Shown here: positions 37,391-50,629 of the stretch, piece after piece | Position numbering within the stretch: the stretch's first letter is position 1 | How the letters are laid out: every line of letters begins with the position of its first letter | NCBI GenBank assembly: GCA_043228905.1 | Contig: JBHGNT010000012.1 | Coordinates: 7,688,001 to 7,752,000, forward strand | Reading direction: 5' to 3' | Source: Azolla caroliniana | Taxonomy: Eukaryota; Plantae; Polypodiophyta | DNA length: 64,000 nt | Notes under the pieces: generated by a model | Seen by the model: the letters and a program-made list of their open reading frames with translations, nothing else | What the model was told of the DNA's origin: nothing | Database searches by the model: none | Made by a program: the position numbers and the translations under genes

Positions 37391-40300
37391 TGTTAGAGCT
37401 TAGCGACTAATGTAAGCATATATGATAAGGATAAAAGATATATAAATAAGAAATGAGAGAGAGAAAGAAGGGTGCTGATCCACCCGATCACCCCCGAGCG
37501 AAGGGATCGAGACAGACTCGAGCCTCGATTGGCATCCCATACCACCGTCGTGGCGTCGGGTCGTACCTGGTGCTGGCGCGCTCGCTACAAGAGTTGACCC
37601 ATCACAATGTCAAAGTCTCAACGTAGTCGATAATGTGTCAAATGAGGGTAGCTAGGCCTCATATTTATAGCCGGACCTAAGGCCCCCAGGCAAGTTCACA
37701 CTTGGTCTAATGGGTTGTCTCAATCCTGAGTATTAAAAGTAATCCTCCCCTTCTTTACACTCTCGTTTAACCCTCACACTTTATCCATGTGTATAGAATA
37801 TTACGGTAAATTCTCACCACGGGATATTATATGGTCATGCCCGTAACATACTCTTGCAATGGAAAGTTAGGGAAGTTAGTTCTACGAGTATTTTCACGTT
37901 CCCATGTGGCATCTTTAATAGATTTATCCATCCATTTAATTTTAAATTCTCGGATTATTTTAGAACACAATTTTTTTTGTTTTAACATCGAGAATTCTTT
38001 CTGGTACATGTGGTTTAGAAGATAATTCTTCAGAAGTAACCAGAGTTTCAGTTGTAACTATATTGTCACCATAACCTAAAAGTTCTTTTAGACAACATAC
38101 ATGAAAAATTTGATGGATTTCAACACCATCATGAAGAGTGAGACGATAGGCTGATGAACCAATGCATTTGAGGATTGTAAAAGGTCCACAAAACCATACA
38201 TCAATATAAAAGGACTATATCTCGTCGATGTATGTTTGGAGCTGTTATAAGCAAACTCCAAAATTGGGAGATAACGTTCCCATTTTGTTGGTTTTGCACC
38301 AACGTATGCTCGAAGCATGTCCTCAAGAATTTGATTTACTCGTTCTGTCTGTCCATCAGATTGAGGACGATCTGTGGAGCTCATGCTCAATGTAGTTTCT
38401 AACTTCTTAAAGACTTGCGTCCAGAAGTCGCTAGTAAACTTTGGATCTCGATCACTCACGATATCCATCGGTAACCCATAAAAACGAAATAACTCGTCAA
38501 CGAATTGGTAAGCCAATTTAGGAGCTGTTATCGTGGTTTTAATAGCCATAAATCTGGCTATTTTAGTTAGTCGATCAACCACAACCCAGATGGAATCAGG
38601 GCCTTTTTGGGTGCGAGGAAGGCTAACAATAAAATCCATGTATATACTTTCCCACTTATTATTGGGAATATCCAAGGGATGTAAAAGTCCAACGGTTTTA
38701 AGTCGTTCCGCTTTGTTAACTTGACACTGGTCATATTTTGTCTCATAGTAATGTATGTCAGGACGCATCGTAGGCCAATAGAATTGAGTGGAGATGACAA
38801 CGAGTGTGCGATGTATTCCAGGGTGCCCTATTGAGGGTGCATCATGACGTTAAAAAAGAATTCTCTTTTTGACCTCAGGCAAATCTGGAACACAAACCTT
38901 CCCATTACGGTAGAGTAGACCGTTAGCAATGTGGAAGGATTCCTTCGAGGATGTGGTGGTGTTTGTTCCAAACTCAACTCTTGCCCAATATTTCGCAAAA
39001 TAACTGTCATCAAGATACTTTCCTCGAAGGTGATAATAAAGATATGATGTTATTTCAATGAAGCTAAGCATGTTAACTTCACGGATGCAACTTAGTGCAT
39101 CAACGACAATGTTCATGGAACCTTTATGATATTGTATAGAAAAATCAAAGTCCTGGATGACATCTGCCCATCATGCCTTACGATCTTTCTGGTCTTGTTG
39201 GTCACAAAAATATTTCAAGCACTCGTGGAAATCTCATTTTGAGATCTTCGCGTAAAACTATTTGTCACGCAATGTTTGTAAAACAAAGCAAACATGTTCT
39301 TTTAATGTACGTCTATAAACTAGAATATCATCCAAGAAAATAACGGCAAAATTTCCAAGTTGTTCACGGAAAATGTCATTCATTTCTTGTTGAAATGTGG
39401 CCAGAGCATTGGTCAAACCAAAAGGCATAACCAAAAACTCATAATGGTCATAACGCGTACGAAATGCAATTTTAGGAACATCTTCCTCACTTATATGAAT
39501 TTGATGGTAGCCTGTATGGAGATCAAGTTTCGTAAAATACCGAGCTCCCTAGAGATGGTGAATTAGATCATCAGCCTGGGGCAATGAATATGAATTCTTG
39601 ATCGTCACTTTATACAACTGTCGGTAATTAATACACATAGATTTACTATAACGTATATAACCCATTCGTAAATAGTCCTTGAGTTGCTTAGATACCTCAT
39701 CACCTTCGGATCAACTTAAGCGATAAGGAGGTATACTTATTGGTGCAACACCAGGTACAATATCTATACGATGGTCTATATTATGTTTAGGAGGTAACCC
39801 ATGTGGTAGTTCACTTGGAAAAACATCATGAAAATAATTCAAGATTTTATCGAGTTGTTGTTCAAACTATGATAATTGACCCGAGACATTATCAATACTA
39901 TAGACGTGAATGTTCGGATCAAGTACACAATAAAATAAATAAGAACAAGACAACTCAGATATAGATGGAGAGGAGCAATCGAAAGAGATTGTTTATTTAC
40001 ACATTGAATAAAATGAGTACAAAATAGATAAAGAAGAGTTTTTATTAAAAAACCAGGGATAACCCAGTATTACATCAGTGGTACAAAGATTCATTACATG
40101 GAAGTCTACTTCCTCTATATAAGCATCAATAGAAATTCCTAATGAATCAATCGCCCCGTTGATGTATTGTACTCTTCCATCAACCATGTGCACCTTATAG
40201 GTGTGATCACTTACAGTGGATTGGATTCCCCATATCTGAACCAAACAATCATTCACAAACTTGTGTGAGCTTCCCGAATCAAATAAAATTGTATGGGAGA

Positions 40301-41360
40301 TCCATTGATATACCCGTTTGCACGTAGTAAATCATTGGGTCCCAATACATAGTGAGGGAAAGAACATTTACAATTACTTAAATGACGTGTATAGACTTGA
40401 AGGACATTAGGAATCTGACCTTTACGGTCTACAACTTTTGTTTTGTTGATCTTTCCATTGGAGCTTTCGACATTGCTCTTTTGTATGTCGCTTACAATCG
40501 TGATCCATGAATTCGTTGGGTGTCTTGCGTTTCCCAACGAATTGCGACTGCTTAGTCCTAGACGCGTCGTTGGGTTTGTTATGGTGCTTCTTCGAAGTGT
40601 GTTGATAGCAGAACTATTTCAATGGACTCTTCGAAGGATTTGGGAGGGCATTGACAGTCCGAATTGGGGAGGGCATTGACAAAACAAGGTATCAACCAAT
40701 TGTCCCCTTTTAGACCCAAATTTTGGATTTGGGTTCTAGCATGGTGAACATAGTCTTCTAGCGAGGAAAACTTCCTGCTAGAGAGGTTCATTAAAGCTTG
40801 TGCTGGGTCGGTTCGAGATGGAGGTTGCAGAAATTGGCCCTTGAAAACTGTGACAAATTATATCCAGATATTGAGCAATTTCCCTAAAGTGCGGAGCCCA
40901 CGCCACCAAGCGGCGGCCTTACCCCCTAGTTCTTAGCCGACATATGCAATCTTCATACTATCTGGTCTGGGATAGAGCTCAACATGAGACTCCCATTGGC
41001 CCAACCACGTGCAATTGCTTCTTCGGTTCTTTCCTTGTTTTCTCTCGTAAATGACTTTACGACAAATGATGTTCACCCTAGCGCTCATCGTAATGACACG
41101 TGTCTCGAGAGCACTATGAGATTGTTGAAGTTCAAACATCTTATGCACGGTTGAATTAAGGAAATTTTGTATTTGTATCAAATACGACTCAATGGGGATT
41201 GGCCCAGGAGGATTTCCTTGAATTCCTTTCGCTTGAGCGGATGACATGGAGTCGTTATTATGAGCCATTGAATGATAATTTCTGGCAAAGAAATAACATA
41301 AGGTCAGACAAATAGTCATAACATTATGTTGTGATGTGAACATATCATGGGCAACCATTA
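37391..41360 (-). mobile_element. Degenerate Ty3/gypsy chromovirus (gag-PR-RT-partial RH-INT-chromodomain plus 3' LTR 37391-37848); 5' LTR not found
   Basis: Chromodomain FKIKWMDKSIKDATWE, integrase [41 protein letters not shown] (~39330), protease LFDSGSSH (~40275). LTR homologous to 1467-1922. Many stops and frameshifts. Confidence 0.88.
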
Positions 41361-42479
41361 ATCGATATCATGATCTCACGTCAATACCCCTCTGGACGTA
41401 TGAGATGAGGTTCAAGATCAGGTTACTATGGTAACACAAAGATGTTTTAAAAACCATGGAGGTGACAAATGAATGTCTTTCCTTGATCTCTATATCAATT
41501 TTTTCATGGAGGCTCCCCAAGGCTCAACCATGTATCTTCGTGTCATGAATATGTTAACTTTATACACGAAACAATGTTAATAATAAACTATGTCTCTGTG
41601 CCCACCCATATGGTTTCGGCTCTTTAAGTCCTATTACGAGGACCCCGAAGTGCACTTAGACCTAAAGTCTAAACATGTTTTATAGTCATATGTATCAACA
41701 ATGTTGTATGGTCTTGGTCATATTTAAACTCGAGACCTCGAGAACAAATGCATTAAACACTTGAGTTAACCAATTAGTTTGCTCCTTTTGAATGTTTAAT
41801 GTTTTATGCGTATAAGAGATATGCAAAGGCATTTGCCCATATATGTTTTTTTAAAAGAAAACATATATGTCAAGAGTCCTTATTTCCCCTTGGTTTTACT
41901 ACAAAACTTTGTTGGTACGTTACCTAACCTCAAGTCTCATCATTACGATGACATACCCCAAAGTGCAACCTAATGGTCAAGCTAGACGAGCCCTCTTTTC
42001 GTAGTAAGCCCATGTGGTCCATCACATGGTTACATCATTACGAATGCCCTTCGATTATTGATCCAAAATTCCTTTCACTTGTAACTTTTCATGGGGGACT
42101 CCGATTATTGATCCAAAATTTTCATTGTAAACCCCATGTTATTTCCTAGATACTTGCATGAAGAATAACCAAATGTTTTGAAACGAACATCGTCTCTTGC
42201 AAATTTACATGATTTCATGCATAGATTGACACTTCGTGATCCAATTCTCAATTGAGATGAGCCCTAGAGATCCTTGTTTAGTCACAAATCACATGAAACC
42301 CAATGGAAATCTTATTAAAATATCCATAACTTTTCAAGATAATTACAATCATTCACAATAATCCCAAGGGCATACTACATGATTCAATGAAGGTAGAATA
42401 TCCTCAACTTCGTTTGAATAGGAATTAAGTGAGGAGAGATGGGGAAAAAATGGTATAAGTGTCAGTAGGAGATTGTTGA

Positions 42480-43400
42480 GTTTCAATATAGCAAGTCTAC
42501 TAGTGACGACCACATTGCCTTTTATCGTTGTAAGTCTCCCACAAGCCTTCTTGTTTCATTATCTTGTGATAATTCGTTTAATGATGAAGCATGGACATCT
42601 TTCTCAAAATGGCCACGATCCTTGACAATGAACGCTCCGTCTCCTTTTGTAGATCTCAAATGGGCCCTTACCAAAATAGTAACTTTCGTTTTGTAGCACA
42701 TGACCTTGATACTGGACTGTTGCAAAATGTAAATCTTTTTATTTTACTATAACCTCATCCATATATTCTGTGTACTACAAATCACCTTCCTCCCTTTTGT
42801 TAGTGCTAGCAAGATTCAAACCATATACCTTTTCATTTCTTGAGTTAGCTCTTGTTACACAAGTTATATCTTTTTTTTGTTACTTCTTCAACCGTAACCT
42901 TAACCTATAATAAAGGATTTTTGTCCATTGCACACACCATGTCATAACAACATAATAGAAAAGGATTCATTATATTTTCTTTCGATTTCTCAATAATATT
43001 TTGGTATTTACAAAGTCTAGCATTAAAATATCCCATAATCAACTCTTTACCAAGCTTCTTAGAAAAAGGTATAGCTTGACACAAGTCTATGAAAGGATCA
43101 TCATGCTCCAAATCTACTATAGTAATTTGAAAAGATCATCATGGTGTTGCTCACAATCCTCAATTCCAAAGAAACTTGTACCTTTTAGAGACACCCTACT
43201 TCTATCTAAATGATATCTCCTTTGTGTTCATATTCAACTTTTCAAACAATAGTTCTACAAGATGTTCCTTATGACCTTTTTCTATCAACCTTGTGTGCGA
43301 CATATACAATAACATTTCACATACCAAAGTGATTATCAAATAATTTTGCAAGATTATCTACAAGGGAAAATGCATTCTTCGAGTCATCCTCTTGCATGCC
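42480..43400 (-). pseudogene. old LINE endonuclease remnant
   Basis: LIMGYFNAR resembles the APE GDFNAR motif; otherwise highly decayed. Confidence 0.4.
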
Positions 43401-44240
43401 TCAAATAACAACATTATTATTGCTATTTTGTAATTTCATAATCCTCTTTTGCATCTAGGACATTTGTAATGTTAGACTTCATTGTTGGATGTGTGTATGC
43501 CATGGATTTTGATGTTTCTCTTAGGAGAGAAACTTCCACTTTGTCATGGTTAGGTCTTTCTTTTCTTTCAACATTCACCTTCTGTAACATCTCTTTTCTA
43601 ATTTTAGGCTTGGCAGTTTTATTTCTATTCAAGCATTTGGTTATCTTGCATTTGAAGACTTGTGTTTTTCATTGCATGTAGTTCCTCCCTCAACCATTTC
43701 ATCTCTATATTTTATATCACCATTGCATGTTGAAGAGTTAATTCTCTTTCTTTACAAGCATATATTTCACTCTGCATAGTCATAATTGTTTCTTGCAAAG
43801 ATATACACATAGTTGCCATTTTCTCATGAATGGATAGATTATACACATATTTATTTGGGCTTTTTATCACATCATGAATAGTTTTTCTCCCATTGGCATA
43901 TTTATGACTAATGAATAGAAAACTCAAGTAGAATGCACCATGTAGTCATTGAGTTGGTTATAAATTTAACCTTGAGTTCTTGGAAATGTCGAGTAGTGAG
44001 GGCAATGGAGAAATTTGATCGTATATTTTTACCACCATAATGGAACACATTCTCTGAAAACACATTTAAAAGCACTTTGAAAGAGCTTTCCAAAGCACTA
44101 AAGAACTTCAAAAATGGTGGACTAAACATAAAACAAGTGAAATTAGTGAAAGAAAGAAAGAAAGATATATTAACGTCTTCTAAGACCAAATTTGGTCCAT
44201 GAGACAATTAGTTACAACAAAATGGGATGTTTACCCAATC

Positions 44241-44242
<2 letters not shown>

Positions 44243-44306
<64 letters not shown>
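44243..44306. repeat. (GA)n microsatellite at the LINE 3' end
   Basis: Read directly from the sequence. Confidence 0.95.
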
Positions 44307-44310
<4 letters not shown>

Positions 44311-46212
44311 TTATATTATCGTTTTCGGAGGTCAAATATGGCCTATGAGACCAAAAATATTACATTTCACGTGATATGTGTGAAAGTGAGTAGTGACTCT
44401 CGATGTTCAAGAGCTTTACCAATGAATGTTGCAATCGAGAGTGCACATTGTAGTTGTGAGAGGAATTCATGCAAAGATTGGGCTCGATCGAAGAGATGTG
44501 GAAAGCATGGTCGAATATGATCAAAGGCAGAGCATTGTATCAAAGTGTGATACTCAGACTCGCGAACTTGTTTAGGGCAAAGTGTGCATAGCCGACCACT
44601 CTCATCACTTGTGCCCCAATGCCATGTTTCACATCGCAATGCATGTGAGCTAAGTCGCATGGAAGCAATGGTTCGAATGGCAGATAACGGTATGGGCTCT
44701 AACATGTATGGATGTGTATGATTTCCCCGTTCCGCAAAGAATATGGTTTTGTAGTTAGGTGCAACATGTGTAGTATAATGTGTGAAGCGTGAGCCTCCAC
44801 ATTTGTCCCATGTCATGATACATTGGCGTTTCAAAAATGCCTCATTTACAGAGGAATCTAATGATGCATCATGAAGCAAGTGTCTCACATCCCATCTACC
44901 AAACCATTTTTCTATATCTTGCATCCAACTGGAACACAAAATTTTGCTTTTATGCGTCTTTTGGATCTTTTTGCTTGCTTCCCACGCAATTCTAGGAAGT
45001 CGATGTGAGGGACTTTTTTGAACCTTAAGAATGTATTCAACAACCCTTTCCATGGCCATGATCTCAATGGGAAGCGATCCCGTCTCAAGGAGGAGAAGGG
45101 TGTAGGGCGTTTGTTTCTTAACTTGTAGAAACTTGGTAAGAAAATGCTTTTGGACATTTTCAAACTCTTTCCACATAGATTTAGGGATGCTACTGCCCCA
45201 TACTTCCACCCCATAGAGAAGAACCGGTGTCACCAAAGTGTCGAAAAGATATTTCTTGAGGACCCAACACTTAATATCTCCAAGATTGCATGTGTTCTCA
45301 AATACATAGTATGCTTGCTTACCCGCCTCTAAGCGGCGTGTAGCACATTCATTCTATCTATGATTTGAAGGAACTTCAAGGCCAAGATATTTGAAGCTTT
45401 CCACACATTCAAGTGGCTCATTGTTGTACATAATGCATGGTTTATCTCTTTTTTGGCTCTTTACAAGCATAATCTTTGTTTTAGAGCTATTGACACTTAA
45501 TTTAGTATGCATGCAAATTTTTTCCAATGCCTTCATAAGCTTTTGTGCATCTCCTTAAGTATTTGCAAAAAGCACTACATCATCTGCATATAGCAAAAGC
45601 ATAATCACAACATTCCCAATGACAACTTCTTCAACACGTTCTTCCTTTGCAATCTTGGTAACCATTTCTTCCAATTCATCAATACATAGACCAAATAGTG
45701 TTGGTGAGAGTGGGCATCCTTTCTTAACACCAATAGTGCTTTTGAAAAAATTTGAAAGTTTATCTCTCATGCGCACACAACATATAACCTTCTCATAAAT
45801 TCGGGAAATTGCAAGCATATATTCACTTGGCACCTCAAGTTCTTCCATTCGCCTCCAAAGATGCTCGCGAGGTACCATATCAAAAGCTTTCTTGAAGTCT
45901 ACAAAGCAACAATATAAACCTTTACCTCTAAGGTGACTTTCCTCCATTAATACTCGAAGGGTGATAAGGTGATCAATGGTGCTATGGTGTTTTCGAAAGC
46001 CAGCTTGTCCATAAGCTCTCTTACCACTTTTTTCAGCCCATACACTTATCTTTGATTCCATTATACATCCAAATAGTTTTGCCATTAATGAGCCAACCAT
46101 GATGGTTCGATAGTTGTTTACATTATTTATATCTCCACCTTTATGTAAAGGTTTGATCCAATTTGTAGTCCAATCATACGGCATACCATGTTGCAATGCA
46201 TCATTAAACATA
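44307..46212 (-). mobile_element. non-LTR retrotransposon (RTE-X-like LINE), 3' part of the RT ORF with stops; 5'-truncated
   Basis: NNYRTI, QAGFR, FVDFKKAFD, GVKKGCPLSP, LLYADD, FKYLG. The C-terminal RLSSHALRCET..RLCTLC..ESEYHTLIQC Cys/His motif is followed by a short 3' UTR and a microsatellite. Confidence 0.88.
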
Positions 46213-46310
46213 TCCCGGTGTGGGGATCCCGTAGGACCGGACTTCCTTACCCCCACTGACCTTGCCGGAAGGTCCGATTTGGTTCGTGGCCGCTTCGCCG
46301 GCCTGATACC

Positions 46311-46662
46311 TCCTTCGTAGCCCTTGCCTTCGTCACCTCGCCGCCACCGTCAGTATCTTGGTCTTACGTCAACTGCGTTGCCAACTGCCGAAGTCTCTAG
46401 AACCGGTGTGAAGGATCCTCCGTAGACCGCCCTTCCATAGCCCTTGCCTTCGTCACCTCGCCGCCACCGTCAGTATCTTGGTCTTACGTCAACCGCGTTG
46501 CCGACTACCGAAGTCTCTGAACCGGTGTGAAGGATCCTCCGTAGACCGCCCTTCCGTAGCCCTTGCCTTCGTCAGCTCGCCGCCACCGTCAGTATCTTGG
46601 TCTTACGTCGACCGCGTTGCCGACTGCCGAAGTCTCTAGAACCGGTGTGAAGGATCCTCCGT
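46311..46662. repeat. ~120-bp tandem repeat x3
   Basis: cccttgccttcgtca starts at 46321, 46441 and 46560. Confidence 0.92.
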
Positions 46663-47063
46663 GGCCCGCTGTTTTGGCTTCCCGACCCTGTCCTGGGACG
46701 TCCTTTTCCGCATGCCGAGAGGGCGGTTTACTCCGCACCCTCTCCCGTGGTACCGACGTACCTCGGCCTCTTCGTAGGCGTGCTCTCTTCCTCCCTCCCG
46801 GAATGGTCATCCGGGAGTCCGCTCCGCCCGGTTCTCGTCTGGGTCCGTTCGTCCTTCTCCGGATTGCCGAGTCCCGTTCTCCTGTCGCCACCGATCTCTC
46901 TTATAGGACTCACGTCGGCACTCGGGCCTGCAGCCGGATCGGTGTAAGGAATCCCATAGAACCGGCTTTCATTCTCTTCCAAATCTCGACCTTCGCCCGG
47001 TCGGTCTTTCTCCCCATGTAAAAGAGGGCGGCTCGTCCCGCACCCCCTTCTGTATCGGCACCT

Positions 47064-48487
47064 TTATGCCGAGTCCAGTCTCGATCGAACGACCCACGAT
47101 CGGATCACGCTCCACCCGTATCGGAATGCCGATCTCCTCGTGCCGTGTCCGTCCTCGACCTTCTCGCAGGCCGCCTCCCATCCTTCTTCGATGGCATCGT
47201 GCCAGGACTCCTCGGAACCGCCATCCATCTCCTCGGTCTTACATGGGCATATGGGCCCAATTGCCGAGTTCTCCGGAATCGGGTCCGTGGGCTTTCGTCC
47301 ACTCCTTCCCCGTATCGTCTCGCCGGTGATTCTTGCCCTTTCGCCGCTGCCTTCCTCCGCTTGGGACTCACGTGGGCACTCGGGCCCGACTGCCATCGTC
47401 TCGGGAGCAAGTGTGGGAAGACACAAAGAATCACCCGTCTGTTTCACGCCCTTGTCCGTAGCCACCGACTCTTCGTGGTCGGCGGTCGTCTTCTTACCGA
47501 TCGTGCAAGCCCCGTCTGGGCTCGCTTCTCCAATGACCGGGACCTCGGGCTGACACGCCCGAAACCGTTGGTCCCAATGATCCGGTCTCGCGATCTGCAT
47601 CTCGGCCTCGTCCTTGGCCGTTCTATCTCCGCAAGTCGAGAGGGCGTTTCGTTCCGCACCCTCTCCCGTGGTACCGTGGTACCGATCTTCCGCTGTCGCG
47701 TGGGGCAAGTCCGTCTCCTTCGTCTCGGCTTCCGGCCTTGATCTTCCCTCTTCCTCGAGCATCGCTTTGAGAGCTGCGTACGCCTCCGCAATCCTGGCCC
47801 CAACGCTGACCTTTGCCAACTCTCTTTGCCGTTCGGCCTCTTCCCGCTGTGATGGCACGCCATCGCGTCCCTTCCTCTTAGCCTTCTCGGCTCGCTCATC
47901 ATCTAGCCGTTGGCACACCCTTCCGACCTTCGACCAATCCTCCGTAAGCCCATTCGCTCCATCATCGTCTTCGAGCTCAATCGATATGGCTTCCCGTTCC
48001 GCTCGGTCGATCGACCTGACGAACAAAAGGACTTTGTCCGCCCCCACCAAACCTTGTTCCCGCTCCGGGAGTCGAGCAAGCCGTCGCTCGAACTCTCGGA
48101 ACGCCTTCGTTGCACCCCGGTGGCTCACTAGTCGAAATCGTGTCGTCCCCGGCTCTTTCGCCGTCCTCCATATGCCTTCAAGAGCGCCTCTTCGAAGGCC
48201 TCCCACGAACTATGAGCCTCACGGAGCTCCTTTACTTCCGCATGCTTCCGGACAGCTACGACCCGACGGAAGAACTCCAGCCTCAACGCCTCGTCTACGC
48301 CACGCTCCTCCATTTCCGCGTTGAAGGCTTCCAGGTAAGATGGGACTTTGTCCCCGTTGAAACGACCGACTCTTCCGACCACTCGCTCAACCGCTTGTTG
48401 CGCTGCTTCTCGCCTCATCACCACTCGTGCCGACTCCAACACCACTTCGGCCACCATCTCCGCAAGGTCGTTGTCTTCCGACTCCAT
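47064..48487 (-). pseudogene. gag: gag-like ORF with a long low-complexity acidic tail, disrupted
   Basis: ORFs 48487..48128 and 48206..47064 join by a stop/frameshift and begin 16 nt after the PBS. Confidence 0.65.
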
Positions 48488-48502
48488 CCTCCCTGGCCAC
48501 CT

Positions 48503-48520
48503 TTCATGTCGGGTTCACCA
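48503..48520 (-). promoter_or_regulatory. PBS complementary to tRNA-Trp
   Basis: TGGTGAACCCGACATGAA versus the recalled plant tRNA-Trp 3' end ...TTCACGTCGGGTTCACCA: one CpG-type mismatch in 18 nt. Confidence 0.75.
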
Positions 48521-49773
48521 AAGATGTCGCGTTGTTACGCGCGTGCGTGGAGAAAGGCGGGACCACGGGGGTCTTGGACTAGAGAGTGATGGAGCGTAGG
48601 AAGTCGTGCTTCACTGTTCCTGGGGCATCCCAGAAACACACCGGAAGCAACCGAAGGGAGAGAGAGAGAGAGAGCGTGCTTAACACCGACTCACGCGCAC
48701 GCACACACACACGCACACACAACCCAACTCGACTCACGCCTTATGTATAGAAACGCAGGAGAGGGTAAGCACCCGACGCCAACAACGACGCGAATATACA
48801 CAGACAAATATATATATATATATATAAAGGGAAGAATACATTCCCGGCGTCGAGCCGGACTGAGGTAGGTTACAGTAGTTGTCTGTTGTCAAGCCGCCGT
48901 CGGGGAGCTCTCAGCTCGTCGCGCCGAGTGGGGTCTTGCACAGGAGGCCGAACCAAACCAAACCCTAAGCAAACACGCAGAAGGAGAAGAAGAAGAACTT
49001 AACTCTAAACCTAATGGTATACCCTCTAAGGGAAAATGGGCAAACCCTTTTACAAAGGGCGTTCCCTTCCTTTTATAGAACAAGGAAAGGGATGCGTTAC
49101 AACGTGGGACAAATCCCGACTTACATGGGATCGTCTGTCCCGACTTGCTCATTCTTCGGTGCCATAAAGGCGCCCTCGATATTCACACTAAATGTACATG
49201 GGTGAGTACACACGCTGCACCCCGCCGATGTAGCCAATGTTTCCCGGTTTCCGCCTTTGGCCGAAATTCTTCACGACAACGGCATTTCAAAAACGGGAGC
49301 CACCCACGTGAACCGGAAAAAGGCGCCTCAAGTAGCCAACCAGACCAGAGCCCCGAGGTTACCACAAGTCCTCCACCGGGCACAGGAAACAATGCCGAAT
49401 CTAGCAACATCCGGAAAGCATATTGCTATTACTGCCGGCAAGAAGGACATTATAGTAATCAATGTCCGGCAAAGAGCTACGATAAGCGACCGGCAGTAAA
49501 CATGGTAGTCGCCGAAGTCGCAGACCTCCAACAGGTCACCACAAGGTCGAAGGGCAAGACGACGGAATGGGAGACACAAGAGGCCATCCGGAAATAGGCA
49601 ACGGAATGGGTGAAAAAGGAAAATGAGCGAAACGTAGCAGAACTCGCGCAGCAAAAGGAGAACACCGAAGAGCTCGCCGGCGACAGTCAGTCCGAAAACG
49701 CGACATGGCAGGCATTGCATGAATGCCAGATCATGCTACCGTTGGGATGACTCTTGCAGCTAGTACCAAGATT

Positions 49774-50629
49774 TGTCGAGAACTACCCGTCCCCTATGCG
49801 CAATGCTCGGCCACAACCGAGCTTAGAATCATACACACAAAAAAAAACAGGAATGAATGCACACACAGTGAAGAGAAGAGTACACAGGATGTTTACGTGG
49901 AAAGCCCAAACTAGGGAAAAAACCACAGCAGTCCACAGGCTGCAAACTATCACTATGTTACAATGTACAACAGTAAAGCACCGAGGCAACAACCTCGAGC
50001 TTTCTATCTTCGCCACAGGCGGCGGTTACAACAGAGGCAACAACCTCTTCCTCTCTCTCTCTCCCTCTCTGTACACAGTTACGCGCTCTGATCTCTTGCG
50101 CCAACAAGAATGACAACAACACTCTAAAAGTTTTCCCTAAGTCATATTTATACTAATATGACTTTTCGGCTATTTACAAATATAGCCACGATGGGCTCTC
50201 AGAAACATATTTACGAATATGTCTCTTCATCCGGTGAGCACTCCTCACCGGGTCTGCACCATCCGGCTCTCCATAGTCGGGTACTCCTCATCCGGTTCCC
50301 ACCAGGTCTGCACCATCCGGCTCTCCGTAGCCGGGTACTCCTCATCCGGTTCTCACCGAGTCTGCACCATCCGGCTCTCTGTAGCCGGGTACTCCTCATC
50401 CGGTTCTCACCGGGTCTGCACCATCCGGCTCTCCGAAGCCGGGTACTCCTCATCCGATTCTCACCAGGTCTGCACCATCCGGCTCTCCGAAGCCGCGTAC
50501 TCCTCATCCGGTTCTCACCGGGTCTGCACCATCCGGCTCTCTAAAGCCAGGTACTCGTCATCCAGTTTCGGCCGAGGCCGATAGGACTGTTCTTCTCCCT
50601 TCCCATCCGGAGGGACCTGTCTCCCAACA
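49774..50629 (-). mobile_element. solo LTR of the copia-A family with ~6 copies of the 54-bp repeat (~50240-50562)
   Basis: TG..CA ends, perfect TSD AGATT (49769-49773 and 50630-50634), homologous to 216-990. The host frame rejoins on removal. Confidence 0.95.

Larger units (their letters stand above)
46213..49278 (-). mobile_element. tRNA-Trp-primed Ty3/gypsy 5' fragment (5' LTR 48525-49278, PBS, gag-like ORF), inserted in the gag of Athila-like copy 2
   Basis: LTR termini TGTCGTG../..CGCGACA. PBS TGGTGAACCCGACATGAA at 48520-48503. Gag-like ORF from ATG 48487 (RFNGDKVPSYLEAF..SWEAFEEALLKAY). Host sequence resumes at 49279. Confidence 0.8.

Noticed and set aside
1467-37848. LTRs 1467-1922 and 37391-37848 as the two ends of one element enclosing UAP56
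   Set aside because: The PBS lies left of the first LTR and the integrase lies right of the second, so their internal regions point away from each other. They are two separate insertions.
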